A stretch of 43,743 nt of DNA from Spirulina sp. (GCA_044070495.1 JBIPSI010000039.1:1-43743); one strand, 5' to 3'. Positions 17,630-28,205 are shown, numbered from the stretch's first letter. Program-made: numbers and translations. Notes: a model not told the origin generated them from the letters alone.

Positions 17630-17680
17630 GCCCTCACCCCCAGCCCCTCTCCCAGAGAGGCCACTGTGTATACATCAGTC
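17630..17680. repeat. truncated CCCTCACCCCCAGCCCCTCTCCC repeat followed by a possible IS-end remnant
   Basis: Same repeat type as at ~40780; followed by CCACTGTGTATACA. Confidence 0.45.
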
Positions 17681-17852
17681 CTTAACGTAGACGATCACCA
17701 ACAACATCCATTGGTTGTGCCTAACCGATGGACACCGGGGGGTTCTCCGCCGCTTTGAGGTTGCCTAGCCTAGATGGCAAGGCCAGCCCCCAGATTGCCT
17801 ATCCCATCCTACGGGAATCTTGCCTCGGTTAACCTCCGTGACGAGTACCCCC

Positions 17853-18416
17853 TTAAGCGTTCTCTGGGACATCTAGGGTGGCCCACAGGCGTTGGTTGGC
17901 GGCTTCTAGGTCAAATTTTTCGGGGTCGAAGTCGTAGCCTACCTGCTCCCACAGGTCTTGGTAGTCGGGGTCTTCGGGGTCGTTGAGGCGGTCGAGGAGG
18001 TCTTCGTAGCCCCAGACCCCGGCGCAGAATTCGGGCGGACAGTGGCGTTCTCCGGCGATGCAGTGGGGCACAAAGCCCTCGTCTGGGGCGGGTTCTATGG
18101 CGGCTAGGGTAACCCGATGCAGCCAGCCGAGATTGGGGGCGTAGGTATAGCGTAGGCTGTCGCCCTGGCGGCGGAGGATGGCCGACAGGGGGGGATCCGC
18201 CGTCTCAGGCTGGGAACCTAAATCTGTGGCGGTTTGGGGTTTAAGCTGGGTTTCTGCCTGCCCCGACCAACCCATCGCCGCCGCCAACAGCCTGGGCAAG
18301 TCTACCAAGGGGGTATTGGCACGTACCCACAGGCTGCGCCAAATCGGTGGATCGCTGTCCAGCAGGTCAATGCGGAGGTGGTAGAGGAGGGGGGAGATTT
18401 CAGGATCTACGGACAT
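17853..18416 (-). CDS. plasmid pRiA4b ORF-3 family protein
   Basis: YHLRIDL..SDPPIWR, AMGW, CIAGERHCPPE.C.GVWGY, FDPEKFD. Confidence 0.88.
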   Translation of the reverse strand: MSVDPEISPLLYHLRIDLLDSDPPIWRSLWVRANTPLVDLPRLLAAAMGWSGQAETQLKPQTATDLGSQPETADPPLSAILRRQGDSLRYTYAPNLGWLHRVTLAAIEPAPDEGFVPHCIAGERHCPPEFCAGVWGYEDLLDRLNDPEDPDYQDLWEQVGYDFDPEKFDLEAANQRLWATLDVPENA

Positions 18417-18420
18417 TGAT

Positions 18421-19470
18421 CTAACGCTGTGCCTCTAGGACTTGGGGACTGACCAACCCCCAGTGCGGGTTACCCTCCCCGGTGAGTTGGCTTACCCAGC
18501 CTAACCCCTCACTGGTGCCCACCCAAACCTTATTGCCTACCCCCGGCGCAACGGAGAGAATTTGGCTAGAGGGCAGCAGGGGTACCCGGCCCAGCAGTTC
18601 GCCGCTATCGGCCCTGAGGTGAAACAGTCCTTCGGCGGTGCCCACCCAAACGTTGCGGTTGCTGTCAAAGCCGATGGCCTGGACATTTTTATCCCGCATG
18701 GCCGCTACGGAACGCACCAGTTCCCCACGCACCGGATCGACGACGAGCAGACTGGAGGGGGTACCCACCCAAAGGTTTCCCCTCGGCCCCAGGGCTAGAG
18801 CCTGTACGGCACCCCCCGGTAGGTTGCTCACCCGCCCCATAGGAAAGGCGTTGGCGGTGTTGATCTGCACGAGACCGTCGAGGGTGCCGACCCACAGGTG
18901 ATTGTTGCCGTCTAGGCTGAGGGCATTGGCGCTGACGCCGTCTAAGTTTTGCAGGGTGGTCATCAGCAGGCCACGGTCGGGGCTAACCATGGCCAAGCCT
19001 CGGTCGGTGCCCGCCCACAGAAAGCCCCGGTGATCGATCAGCAGCGACAGGACGCGGTTGGAGGGCAGCGTAAAGTTTTGGGCGGTGATGTCGTTGGTGC
19101 GCGGATCCACCCGCACCAGCCCCGTGGCGGTGCCCGCCCAGATGCGCCCCACCCGATCCTGGGTGAGGGACTCTAGGGTACGGCCTGGAATCACCACCCG
19201 CTGCTCAATGGCTCCGGTTTCGGGGTGGATCCGCACCAGACCATTCCAAGACCCCACCCACAAACTGCCTGTGAAATCGGGCTGGAGGGCGGGCACCCGA
19301 TAGTCCCTAGGGGCCGTCTGGGCCAAGGTCTCAGGGCCGGGCAGAGCCAAGTCGGGGGACTGGGGTATGCCAACCGCAGAAGATGTTCCCCCGTCTAAAC
19401 CCGCCGGGAATAGGGGCACCTCAAGGGCAGGGCGACCGAGCAACGACGACAGTAGGACTAGACTTAACAC
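18421..19470 (-). CDS. secreted beta-propeller protein (two-component regulator propeller repeats)
   Basis: Repeated D..G.LW.GT..GL motifs; GTG start at 19470 after GGAGG with signal-like N-terminus. Confidence 0.8.
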   Translation of the reverse strand: MLSLVLLSSLLGRPALEVPLFPAGLDGGTSSAVGIPQSPDLALPGPETLAQTAPRDYRVPALQPDFTGSLWVGSWNGLVRIHPETGAIEQRVVIPGRTLESLTQDRVGRIWAGTATGLVRVDPRTNDITAQNFTLPSNRVLSLLIDHRGFLWAGTDRGLAMVSPDRGLLMTTLQNLDGVSANALSLDGNNHLWVGTLDGLVQINTANAFPMGRVSNLPGGAVQALALGPRGNLWVGTPSSLLVVDPVRGELVRSVAAMRDKNVQAIGFDSNRNVWVGTAEGLFHLRADSGELLGRVPLLPSSQILSVAPGVGNKVWVGTSEGLGWVSQLTGEGNPHWGLVSPQVLEAQR

Positions 19471-19709
19471 CTCAGTTTCCTCCCCACGCTGGCTAGGGTG
19501 AACGCATGGGGGGCCAACGGTACCTTCCCCCAACCCCTGCGACATACCCCTCTGCTGGCAAAGTATACCTAGGTTTTCCCTAGGAGGCGCAGATCCATTC
19601 CGGACTTTTGAGGTTTGCCCTGGCCTCTGGTCAGGCGGCGGCGGGACGGGTAAAGTGACGGGTACATTCAACGGATACCTCTATCGGCAATGGGGAACCC
19701 ATCCGCACC

Positions 19710-21344
19710 ATGAACCCAAAACCATCCTTTTTAGATCAGTGGGGTGGCCCCATCGGCCTGGGCCTAACGTTTTTTCTGCTGTCCTACACCGTGGGGGTGG
19801 TGCAGCCCATCATGCCGCCCCTAGTGCAGGACTTTGATTCCTCGGTGGGCTATGTGCAATCGGCCCTGGTGCTGATGTCTTTGGTGACGGCCTCCTTCAC
19901 CCCCACCGCCGAAAACCTCAGCCGTCGCCTGGGGCGCAGGGGGGTATTTAATGCCGCCCTAGCCCTCTTTACGCTGGGGATTATTTTGGTGATCCTCAGC
20001 CGCAACATGGGCCTGTTTACCCTCGGCTTGGCGGGATGTACGGGGCTGGCGGCATCGGTGCTGGTGAGTACGCCCGTGGCGCTGATGGATGCCCGCTACC
20101 GGGACGAGGTAACCCAAAAATACGCCCTGCTGGCCCTCACCCTGGCGGGCATCCTGGGAGCCTTAACCGGATCGATTTTGGGCGGAATGCTGGCCTTTCA
20201 CCTCGGCTGGCGCTGGGCCTTCGGGGTGGCGCTCGTCCTGATTCCCCCCATTGCTGGACTGGTGTGGCCGTTGCTGCGCCAGCACCCCAGCCCAGCCATC
20301 ACCGTAGACTGGGTGGGCGGACTGCTGTCGCTGGCGGGGTTTGGCTGCACCCTGGTGGGCTTTAGTTTGGCCGCCGATCTCGGCTGGTGGACGCCCAAGG
20401 GTGACCCAGCCATCCAAGGGCTACGGCTGGCCCCCCTGGGGTTATCCATCGTGCCCGTGCTGCTGGCGACGGGGATGATCTGCCTGGGGCTGCTGGCCTT
20501 TTGGGAACGTCAGCGCATTCGCCGGGGGGAGGAATCCTTGCTGCGGATGGGGGTCTTCAACCGCCGCATCTACCTCCTAGGTCTGGCCATTGGCACCCTC
20601 CACACCCTGCTGCATGTGGGGGTGCAGTTCAACCTATTTCAGTTTATTCCGGCGGTGGTGGGGCTCAATCCGGTACAAACGGCCCTGGTGGTGGCCCCCC
20701 TCACCCTGGCTCAGATCGGGGTGCTGCTGGCCCTGGCCAAACGACGCCCCCGCCAACCCCATCGCTGGCTGCTTCAGTGGGGGTTGGGGATCAAGGCGCT
20801 GGGCATCCTGATGCTCTGGGCTACCATCCAAGATCAGCTCACCCTGCTGAGCCTGATGCCTGCCCTAGTGGTGATGGGCCTGGGAACAGGTCTGTTTGCC
20901 ACCTACATCACATCGCTCACCTTCAACGACACCCGCGCCGAAGAAAAGGCCGAAGCCCGTGGCGTCTATCGCCCCTTCCAAAACCTAGGGGCTTCCCTGG
21001 GGCGAGGTATCTTGGGCACCCTGCTGGTGGGTATTGCCTCCCGACACATTGTGGATGGCATTCTGGCTGAACTGGGCCAAGCCCTGGAACCCCCAGAGCG
21101 ACGACAGGCGATTCAAGCGCTACAGTCCGCCCTGCAAACCCTCCGCCCCAGCGAACGCCAAGATCTATTCGCCGGATTGCCCGACGCTATCCAGCCCGCC
21201 CTTCCCACCATTCTGCAAACCGCCGCCCTCACCGCCATGCAGCAGACCCTATTGGTGGCCTTTGGGCTGTGTCTGCTGTGCCTGGGGCTATCGTTTTGGC
21301 TCCCCAAAACCTCCAAACGCCTAGAAGCCGCCATTGATGTCTAG
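19710..21344 (+). CDS. MFS transporter (DHA2-like)
   Basis: Many TM segments; LSRRLGRR, GGML..LGWRWAF, VDWVG motifs. Confidence 0.88.
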   Translation: MNPKPSFLDQWGGPIGLGLTFFLLSYTVGVVQPIMPPLVQDFDSSVGYVQSALVLMSLVTASFTPTAENLSRRLGRRGVFNAALALFTLGIILVILSRNMGLFTLGLAGCTGLAASVLVSTPVALMDARYRDEVTQKYALLALTLAGILGALTGSILGGMLAFHLGWRWAFGVALVLIPPIAGLVWPLLRQHPSPAITVDWVGGLLSLAGFGCTLVGFSLAADLGWWTPKGDPAIQGLRLAPLGLSIVPVLLATGMICLGLLAFWERQRIRRGEESLLRMGVFNRRIYLLGLAIGTLHTLLHVGVQFNLFQFIPAVVGLNPVQTALVVAPLTLAQIGVLLALAKRRPRQPHRWLLQWGLGIKALGILMLWATIQDQLTLLSLMPALVVMGLGTGLFATYITSLTFNDTRAEEKAEARGVYRPFQNLGASLGRGILGTLLVGIASRHIVDGILAELGQALEPPERRQAIQALQSALQTLRPSERQDLFAGLPDAIQPALPTILQTAALTAMQQTLLVAFGLCLLCLGLSFWLPKTSKRLEAAIDV

Positions 21345-21522
21345 GGAAGTTCTAGGTGCTCTAAGGCGGTTAGCGCAGGTTGGGTGGAATCAGTCCGCAC
21401 AAAGCCCCCGTTAGGGTGGGCTACAGTGCAAGCCAGAAGAAGGCTTCTTGAGATTTCAGTCCTTGGCTTATCCCGAACTCAGGCTACGTATTAAAGATCT
21501 GGTCGCTGTTAGCGAAATCCTG

Positions 21523-21655
21523 GGAGATCCCCCCTAGCCCCCCTTAAAAAGGGGGGAATTGGCTTCAAAGTCCCCCTTTCTAAGGGGGATTTAGGGGGAT
21601 CTCCTTTAAGGGGGGCCGGGGGGATCAACCTCAAGGGGGCTAGGGGGGATCTCCT
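21523..21655. repeat. cluster of CCCCCCTTAAAAAGGGGG-type palindromic repeats
   Basis: GATCCCCCCTAGCCCCCCTTAAAAAGGGGGG..CCCCCTTTCTAAGGGGGATTTAGGGGGATC plus partial extra units; same family at 14135, 38235, 40892. Confidence 0.8.
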
Positions 21656-21881
21656 AGGCCGATCCCATCCGCCAACGCTGGCTCCAACGATGGAAGGCTT
21701 GACGAAGTTTGGCCCACCAACGCCGCCCCAACGAGAGCCAAGGGGAATTAGGGGGCGCAGTCTTTTTGAGACCACAGTCCTGAAGCTGGTCGAGCATGGC
21801 GGCCAGGGTGGCATCGGCCTGGGCAAACTGGGCCGGCAGGCAGCGCGACTGTCTCTGGCAAGAACGGCACAACATAGGCAA
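21654..21881 (-). CDS. small Cys-containing hypothetical protein
   Basis: 75 aa with CRSC....RC...DC; sits in an otherwise empty interval. Confidence 0.4.
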   Translation of the reverse strand: MPMLCRSCQRQSRCLPAQFAQADATLAAMLDQLQDCGLKKTAPPNSPWLSLGRRWWAKLRQAFHRWSQRWRMGSA

Positions 21882-22181
21882 TCAAGCCGAAGCTTGGGGT
21901 GCAACAACGGAGAGCAATGAGAGCAGAGAGCATACGGTCAACGGCAAACCCTTTGGTGAAGGAAAATTTGCCTCATCCATTCTGAACGATCCCCTGCGAT
22001 TCGGGTTCCCTAGTAGGGTAATTCCACGCAAAGCTTTACCAACAACACCATAGACTTCACGGGGCCATCGGGGAATTCCGCAGTGTCCCCTGCTTTGATG
22101 GTCGAGGCATAACCTGTCCAGGGATAACCCGAAGTCTCCAGAAGACCCCCCGCCCTTGGCCCTAGGTCGTAAGATAGGGGC

Positions 22182-23849
22182 GTGGTGGTTGACCAAACTG
22201 GTAACGGAAACGGTATGCAAGTCCCTCTGGTGTCTGCGTCTCGGTTGGCCCGACAGCGGGAAATTGTGGAAATTGTGCTCGGCCACGGCTGGGACTATAT
22301 GCGGCGGCTGTTGGTGGGGGGCAAAACCGACGAGCCGGATATCCCGCCCCCGGAGGTGTTGGTCAATATTCTCACCGAATTGGGGCCTGTCTATGTGAAG
22401 CTGGGCCAGTTGCTCAGCACCCGCCCCGACCTGCTGCCCCCCCGCTACATCGAGGCCCTCAGCAGCTTGCAGAGCACTGTACCCGCCGTTAGCCCCCAGG
22501 AGGCCGAACGCCAAATTCGCGCCGCCCTGCCCCGCCCCCCAGAGGAGATCTTTGCCGACATCAACTACCGCGCCATCGCCGCCGGATCCATTGCCCAAAC
22601 CCACCGCGCCCAGATGAAGGATGGCCGTACCGTCGCCCTCAAGGTGCAGCGTCCCGGCATTGAGCGGCAGGTGGATCAAGACATGGCCCTGATTCGCGAT
22701 GTGGCGCGGCTGATGTCGGCCACCCAGTTTGGCCAGCGCTACAACGTGGTGGGCTTGGCCGAAGAGTTCGCAGACGCCCTCAACGCCGAGCTAGACTTCC
22801 TCACCGAGGCCCACTACACCGACCAACTGCGCCGCAACCTCTCCCACAGCGGCTGGTACGATCCCCAACAACTGGTGGTGCCCGATATTGTCTGGGATCT
22901 CACCAATGCGCGGCTGATGACCATGCAATGGCTGGATGGCGTGCCCCTGCTAAAGGCCGACTTGCCCTTGGAGAGCCGCAGCCAGGTGACCACGCTGCTA
23001 TTTCGCGCCTTTTTTAAGCAGTACTTTGTCGATGGCTTCTTCCACGCCGACCCCCACCCCGGCAACATGTTCTACCTGCAAGATGGCCGCGTCGCCCTGC
23101 TCGACTGCGGCATGATGGGCCACCTCGACCCCCGCACCCGATCTACCCTAACGGAGATGGTGCTGGCCATTGCCAGTTCCGACGCCCAGCGCTGCGCCCA
23201 GCTCACCCTGCAACTGGCGGAACCCCTGCAACCCGTTAACCTGGCCCGCCTAGAGAGCGACTATACCCGCCTGCTAGGGCGCTACTACGGCCTCAGTTTG
23301 GAACAGTTCAGTACCGCCGTGGTGTTTGGCGAAATTTTGGAAGCGGGCATTAGCAACCACCTGCGCTGGCCCGCCAACGTGGGGCTGTTCACCAAATCCC
23401 TGGCCAACCTAGAGGGGGCCGCCCGCCAGTTCAACCCTGGGGTGAACCTAATCGACGAAGTTCGCCCCCTGATGGTGGATTTGTTTCGCCATCAACTGGT
23501 GGGGGACGATCCCCTGCAAGCTATCCTGCGTACCGGGCTAGAGTTTCGCAACCTGTCCCTCAGTTCCCCCCGCCAGTTCGGCTTTTTGCTGGATCGCCTC
23601 AGTTCCGAGCAGCTTCAGTGGAATCTTAAAATCCAAGGTCTCGACGACCTGCGCCGCAGCATTGACGACGCCGCCAACCGCCGATCCTTCAGCACCGTAG
23701 TCGCGGCCCTAATCATCGGAGCCGCCATCGTCTCCACCGGACGCCAATCCTCCCAGGTGCAACTGCTCACCATCGCCCTATTCATCGCCGCTAGCCTGTT
23801 GGGTCTGTGGCTGGTCTACAGCATTTGGAGATCTGGACGCCTGCGCTAA
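22182..23849 (+). CDS. ABC1/AarF/UbiB-family kinase
   Basis: ELGPVYVKLGQLLSTRPDL, AAGSIAQTH, VALKVQRPG, FFHADPHPGN, LLDCGM; two C-terminal TM helices. Confidence 0.95.
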   Translation: MVVDQTGNGNGMQVPLVSASRLARQREIVEIVLGHGWDYMRRLLVGGKTDEPDIPPPEVLVNILTELGPVYVKLGQLLSTRPDLLPPRYIEALSSLQSTVPAVSPQEAERQIRAALPRPPEEIFADINYRAIAAGSIAQTHRAQMKDGRTVALKVQRPGIERQVDQDMALIRDVARLMSATQFGQRYNVVGLAEEFADALNAELDFLTEAHYTDQLRRNLSHSGWYDPQQLVVPDIVWDLTNARLMTMQWLDGVPLLKADLPLESRSQVTTLLFRAFFKQYFVDGFFHADPHPGNMFYLQDGRVALLDCGMMGHLDPRTRSTLTEMVLAIASSDAQRCAQLTLQLAEPLQPVNLARLESDYTRLLGRYYGLSLEQFSTAVVFGEILEAGISNHLRWPANVGLFTKSLANLEGAARQFNPGVNLIDEVRPLMVDLFRHQLVGDDPLQAILRTGLEFRNLSLSSPRQFGFLLDRLSSEQLQWNLKIQGLDDLRRSIDDAANRRSFSTVVAALIIGAAIVSTGRQSSQVQLLTIALFIAASLLGLWLVYSIWRSGRLR

Positions 23850-24123
23850 CCCCCTCGCCATCCGCAGCATCTTGGCAGATTTACCTGTCGCCCAGGATAG
23901 TGTCGTTACACCCCCCACCAAAATTGAGGATTTAGGGCCGGGAAAATCAGCAAAAATCATGGGTTGAGAATGCCCCTGTCATCGCTGTTTAACCTGCAAT
24001 CGTCCCATGGGGTGGATGGCGGAATGTAACGATTCCTTGACGGGCTAACGTTTGGTTGCCTAGGACTCATTGCCCTAGGATGAACGTGCTACCGTCCAAG
24101 ATAGATTTCAACGGGGCAATCCT

Positions 24124-24363
24124 ATGAAGATCGAACGGCCCAACGCGGCTCCCCTCACCAAAGCCGACCTTGCCCACCTAGACACCCTCCGCGCCATCGT
24201 AGAAGACGCCGTGGCGGATGGACTGGTGACCAACGACGAACGGGACTACATTGATCGCGTGATCTGGTCTGATGGCCAAGCCACCCCCCAAGAGCTAAAT
24301 CTGGTGCAAGACCTGATTTGGTCGAAGGTACAATCCGGCGATTTAGTCCTGGAATGGAACTAG
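24124..24363 (+). CDS. small hypothetical protein (TerB-like helices)
   Basis: 79 aa; AVADG.VT.DE and SDG.ATPQEL repeats. Confidence 0.65.
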   Translation: MKIERPNAAPLTKADLAHLDTLRAIVEDAVADGLVTNDERDYIDRVIWSDGQATPQELNLVQDLIWSKVQSGDLVLEWN

Positions 24364-25199
24364 GCTGAGTCCCTCGGTTGACCGTAGCGGGCCACAGCGT
24401 AATGATGGGCCGACAGTTCTTCGGTATCGACCAGGGGCGGCAGGGTGAGGGTGGGGTCTTGGTATTTGCGGCGCAGGGCCAGACCCAGTAGATAATCCGC
24501 AAAGTGAGGATTTTTGGGCAGTAGAGAACCGTGCATGTAGCTGCCGAAGACATTTTTGTAGCGGGCACCTTCGTACTCAGCGGCGGCGTTGTTGCCAAAT
24601 CCGGCCACGGTTTTGGCGAGGGGTTCTACGCCTTCGCCCAAAAAGGTTTGGCCAGAGTGGTTTTCAAAACCGACTAGGGTTTTGGGGATAATTTGGGGTT
24701 CGCTAGTCTGGGCATCCGGCATCTGGGGATTGGCGTAGAGACGCTGCATGTCCTGGTACATAGCGTCAGGAATCTCGGCCACCAGGTTGCCAATGCAGCG
24801 CTGCTTGACCTCGGTACCGGGGGCTTTGGTGTTGACGTTGATGATGCCCAGACCCGGTGTTTCCTGGCCGTTGCCCATCAAAAAGGTGTTGCCCATCAGT
24901 TGGTAGCCGCCGCACACCCCCAAAAACACCACTCCCGCCTCGGTATCGGCCTTAATGGTGTCAGCCTTGATCTGGTGAAAGTCTTCCACTACCGCCACCT
25001 GGTCGTTATCCTGGCCGCCGCCCATAAAGTACAGGTCGGTTTCGCCCGGTTGGGGTCGGTCGCCCATGGTCAGGGATTTGATGGTGCAGTCAATCCCTCG
25101 CCACTGGCAGCGCCGCCGCAACACAATCAGGTTTCCTGTGTCGCCGTAGAGGTTGAGGTGGTCGGGGTAGAGGTGGGTGAGGGTGAGGGTGAGGGGCAT
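24360..25199 (-). CDS. gatD: GatD/CobQ-like glutamine amidotransferase
   Basis: LYPDHLNLYGDTGN, GGGQD, GVCGGYQL, GFENHSG, GSYMHGSLLPKNP; downstream of murT. Confidence 0.88.
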   Translation of the reverse strand: MPLTLTLTHLYPDHLNLYGDTGNLIVLRRRCQWRGIDCTIKSLTMGDRPQPGETDLYFMGGGQDNDQVAVVEDFHQIKADTIKADTEAGVVFLGVCGGYQLMGNTFLMGNGQETPGLGIINVNTKAPGTEVKQRCIGNLVAEIPDAMYQDMQRLYANPQMPDAQTSEPQIIPKTLVGFENHSGQTFLGEGVEPLAKTVAGFGNNAAAEYEGARYKNVFGSYMHGSLLPKNPHFADYLLGLALRRKYQDPTLTLPPLVDTEELSAHHYAVARYGQPRDSA

Positions 25200-25208
25200 G
25201 GGGAGGGA

Positions 25209-25277
25209 GGGAAGGTGGGAAGGTGGGAAGGTGAGAAGGTTGGGGGGTGAGAAGGTTGGAAGGTTAAAAGGTTGGGG
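25209..25277. repeat. tandem octamer repeat (GGAAGGTG-like)
   Basis: ggaaggtg x3 followed by degenerate agaaggtt/ggaaggtt units between murT and gatD. Confidence 0.75.
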
Positions 25278-25278
25278 G

Positions 25279-26595
25279 TTAGAGGAGGTCTAGGGTTTTG
25301 CCCATGAGTTTGCGGAATTCCAGCATGGCGGTGTAGGTGGGCATAACGAAAACGGTATCGCCATCGAGGGCGTGGGCGAAGGATTGATCGATGGCATCGT
25401 GGATGGGTTCTACGGTGGGGATGGCCTCTGGGGGATGGTCGAGGGCGTATTTCAGCCGTACTCGCATGTCCTTGGCGCGAATGCCGCTGCACAGTACCCA
25501 ATCTAAATGGGCTTGGTTGAGGCGTTCCAGCTCGCTATCCCACAGCCAGGAGACATCTTTGCCATCGGCGGTGTTGTCGTTGATGGCGAGGATGAGCTTG
25601 AGGGCGGGGATGTGGCGCAGCAGTTCTAGGCTGAGGCTGAAGCTGGCGGGGTTTTTCACCAGCAGGAGGCGATAGTGGACGGTTTTGTCGCCCACCCGGC
25701 GGCTGAGGATTTCCCCTCGGCCAAAGGCGGGTTGAAAGGTTCGCAGTCCCTGAATCGCCAAGTCTGGCGCTAACCCCATCAGGGTGGCCATGGTGAGGGC
25801 GGTGAGGGCGTTATACACATGAAAAAAGCCGGGGGAGGCGGTGCGGGCCTGGGCGATATCAATGGCCTGATGGGCAACGGTGCCATGGATGGCAAAGTCT
25901 GTCGTCAGGTCTTCATTGATGCGGATGTTAGTGGCTTCTAGGCCGGGGGTGCCCGGTTCGCGGCGGTGCAGCTTTCCTTCGTAGGGCAAAAAGCGGGCGT
26001 ATTCTTCGGCGAGGGAGACGAAATAAGTAGGGTTGGGTAAGCCCTGGGTGAGGCGGGCGGTGCGGGGATCGTCGCCGTTGACCACCACCTGGGCCTGGGG
26101 GCATTGGGCAATGCCGTCGCGGATCAGTTTTTCGGTGCGGTCAATTTCGCCGTAGGCATCGAGCTGATCTCGATACAGGTTCGTCACCGCAATGACTTGA
26201 GGCTTTAATAGGGCGGCAATGCGGGGCAGGGTGGCCTCTTCGACTTCCAAAATGGCGTGGGTAAAATCCAGCCGTCCTAGGGCGTTGCTCTGCTTAAGTA
26301 GTTCCGACAAAATACCCTGGCTGAGGTTAGCTCCGGCCCTGTTGCGGAGAATCTTGATCCCCTGCCCCTGGCTGACCATGGCATCGAGCATGGTTTGGGT
26401 GGTGGTTTTGCCGTTGGTGCCTGTGATCGCTACCACCGTGGGGATTTGCTGCACCAGCGCCCCTAGGGCAAAAGGGAAATACTTACCCACCAGGTATCCC
26501 GGCAGCGCCGTCCCCGATCCCCGACCCGACCACCGCAGCACCAGGGTCAGCGCCTTGGCAAAGGCCACGATGGGAATGAGCAGCAGTTGGTTCAT
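25279..26595 (-). CDS. murT: MurT-like Mur ligase (DUF1727)
   Basis: GSGTALPG, ITGTNGKTTT, GANL..G, TNLYRDQLDAYGE, FGRGE, LVKNP, ADGKDVSWLWD, PTYTAML. Confidence 0.9.
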   Translation of the reverse strand: MNQLLLIPIVAFAKALTLVLRWSGRGSGTALPGYLVGKYFPFALGALVQQIPTVVAITGTNGKTTTQTMLDAMVSQGQGIKILRNRAGANLSQGILSELLKQSNALGRLDFTHAILEVEEATLPRIAALLKPQVIAVTNLYRDQLDAYGEIDRTEKLIRDGIAQCPQAQVVVNGDDPRTARLTQGLPNPTYFVSLAEEYARFLPYEGKLHRREPGTPGLEATNIRINEDLTTDFAIHGTVAHQAIDIAQARTASPGFFHVYNALTALTMATLMGLAPDLAIQGLRTFQPAFGRGEILSRRVGDKTVHYRLLLVKNPASFSLSLELLRHIPALKLILAINDNTADGKDVSWLWDSELERLNQAHLDWVLCSGIRAKDMRVRLKYALDHPPEAIPTVEPIHDAIDQSFAHALDGDTVFVMPTYTAMLEFRKLMGKTLDLL

Positions 26596-26793
26596 GGCAG
26601 ACCGCAGAGTACCAGGACTTCCCAAAGACAGGGAATATTCTGTCCAAGGTACCGCAAAGGCATCCCCCCAGATCAGTCCGCCCTGGATATCGAGTTCTGA
26701 ATGACTGTGCCGCTGGTGTAGTGTTCAGCGGCAAGCCGTCACAACTCTGGGATAGTGATGGCCAACCACGGGGGCTAACCATGGGGAGAATGC

Positions 26794-27642
26794 CTAGGCT
26801 ACGGGCGGCAGAGGCGGCGTAAACACCAGGGCGCTGGCGGGAATATCCGCTGGGGCAACGCCCAGCAGCAATGCTTCGACGGCACCGATCCCCTGGGGTG
26901 TGGTGATGAGAATTTGCGTATCCGCACCAACGGGCTGCAACGTGATGAAGGCGGCTAAATCCTCAGGGTTAGACAGATCGGCAAAGGCGGGTCGATCCAG
27001 CACTGGGCTAACGTTGATCAGATCGCCCTCGCTGGCTTGGAAGTCGGTAATGACGGTTAATCCTGGGGCCACCATGCCGTAGGTGGGATGGTTAATCAGG
27101 TCATCCTCGGTCTGGGTACCAATCACAAAGGTATCGCTGCCTTCGCCTCCGGTGAGGATGTCTACCCCAGGGCCACCGTAGAGCAGGTCATTACCCAGGC
27201 CACCGAAGAGGTGGTCATCGCCAGGGCCACCCTCCAGCCAGTCATTGCCCGCTTCGCCAAATAGCAAATCGTTGCCAGGGCCACCCAAAATCCCATCGTT
27301 GCCAGGGCCGCCAAAGGCTAGGTCGTCCCCGTCTCCCGCCAGGATGAAGTCGTTCCCGCCGTAGCCGTAGATCACGTCATTGCCCTCGGTGCCAAATAAG
27401 GCGTTTTTACCGGGGGTCCCCTCCAAGGGGGGGAGGGCTGGGGGCAAGGATTTCGCTGTTCCAAAGCCTGGGATGGACAGATCCTCAGGGGTAGAAGCTT
27501 TCACCTCCACAACGTCAGGAAGGACAGGTTCGGGAAGGACAGGTTCGGTCTTAGGCGTTGGGCTATCCACCGGAACCGTGCCCGTCTTGCCCTCCGCTGG
27601 CAGCGGTAGAACCGTCGTAACCTTGGAGGGAGGAGCGAACAT
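26794..27642 (-). CDS. RTX calcium-binding protein
   Basis: Tandem GGxGND nonapeptides, then DTFV..ITDF...GDLI type I secretion-like tail. Confidence 0.9.
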   Translation of the reverse strand: MFAPPSKVTTVLPLPAEGKTGTVPVDSPTPKTEPVLPEPVLPDVVEVKASTPEDLSIPGFGTAKSLPPALPPLEGTPGKNALFGTEGNDVIYGYGGNDFILAGDGDDLAFGGPGNDGILGGPGNDLLFGEAGNDWLEGGPGDDHLFGGLGNDLLYGGPGVDILTGGEGSDTFVIGTQTEDDLINHPTYGMVAPGLTVITDFQASEGDLINVSPVLDRPAFADLSNPEDLAAFITLQPVGADTQILITTPQGIGAVEALLLGVAPADIPASALVFTPPLPPVA

Positions 27643-27968
27643 GATGTGACCTCAATGTGTAGCGCAGCATGACCTTCACAACACCCCACGACCATTAGGG
27701 GGGAGAACACAGGACGTGATCACCCTACCGAGGATGCCGATGTGGTGTAGTTAACCGTGACTGATCCAGGGAATTGGAGCAGCACATTATCTTTAGTTTT
27801 AGGCTAAACCGTATATCCCAATTCTAGGAACTCGGTATGTATCCGGAGAGTTTGCATTTTTTTTACACAGATACTTTAAAACCTGCGTAAATTATGTCAA
27901 GGTTTCGTGAACCGTTACGTAAATTCCCTCGATGGCCAAGGGCGATCCGCTGGCATGGGGGATAGACA

Positions 27969-28011
27969 GCACAAAGCATTCCTCCCTCAGTAGGGCAGGA
28001 ATGCTTTGTGC
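27969..28011. terminator. long hairpin, probable terminator
   Basis: GCACAAAGCATTCCT...AGGAATGCTTTGTGC perfect 15-bp arms just past the stop of 28020-28205. Confidence 0.6.
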
Positions 28012-28019
28012 GAAGCCCG

Positions 28020-28205
28020 TTAGCGCCCTAGCCCTGGTGGGGGGAGCGTTGGTGTAGCGCCTGGTAGACCCGGGGGCGATGAAAAGTGGGCTATCGCCGC
28101 CATCGGCAGGGTCAATGTCATCAAGGCAATGACAATGCCGAGCAAGTTGGAAAAAATACTGGGAGGTTCCCCCGGAGGGGTGTCGGTTTGACTAGCAGAA
28201 TCCAT
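28020..28205 (-). CDS. small membrane protein
   Basis: 61 aa with one TM helix (LLGIVIALMTLTLPMAAIAHFS). Confidence 0.6.
   Translation of the reverse strand: MDSASQTDTPPGEPPSIFSNLLGIVIALMTLTLPMAAIAHFSSPPGLPGATPTLPPPGLGR

Noticed and set aside
21523..21655. Repeat cluster as a CRISPR array
   Set aside because: No constant-length repeat/unique spacer periodicity and no cas genes
21509..21907. 132-aa ORF, and likewise 40745-41005
   Set aside because: Their shared DPPKSPL.RGTL.P.PPFLRGARG peptide is just the translation of the dispersed DNA repeat
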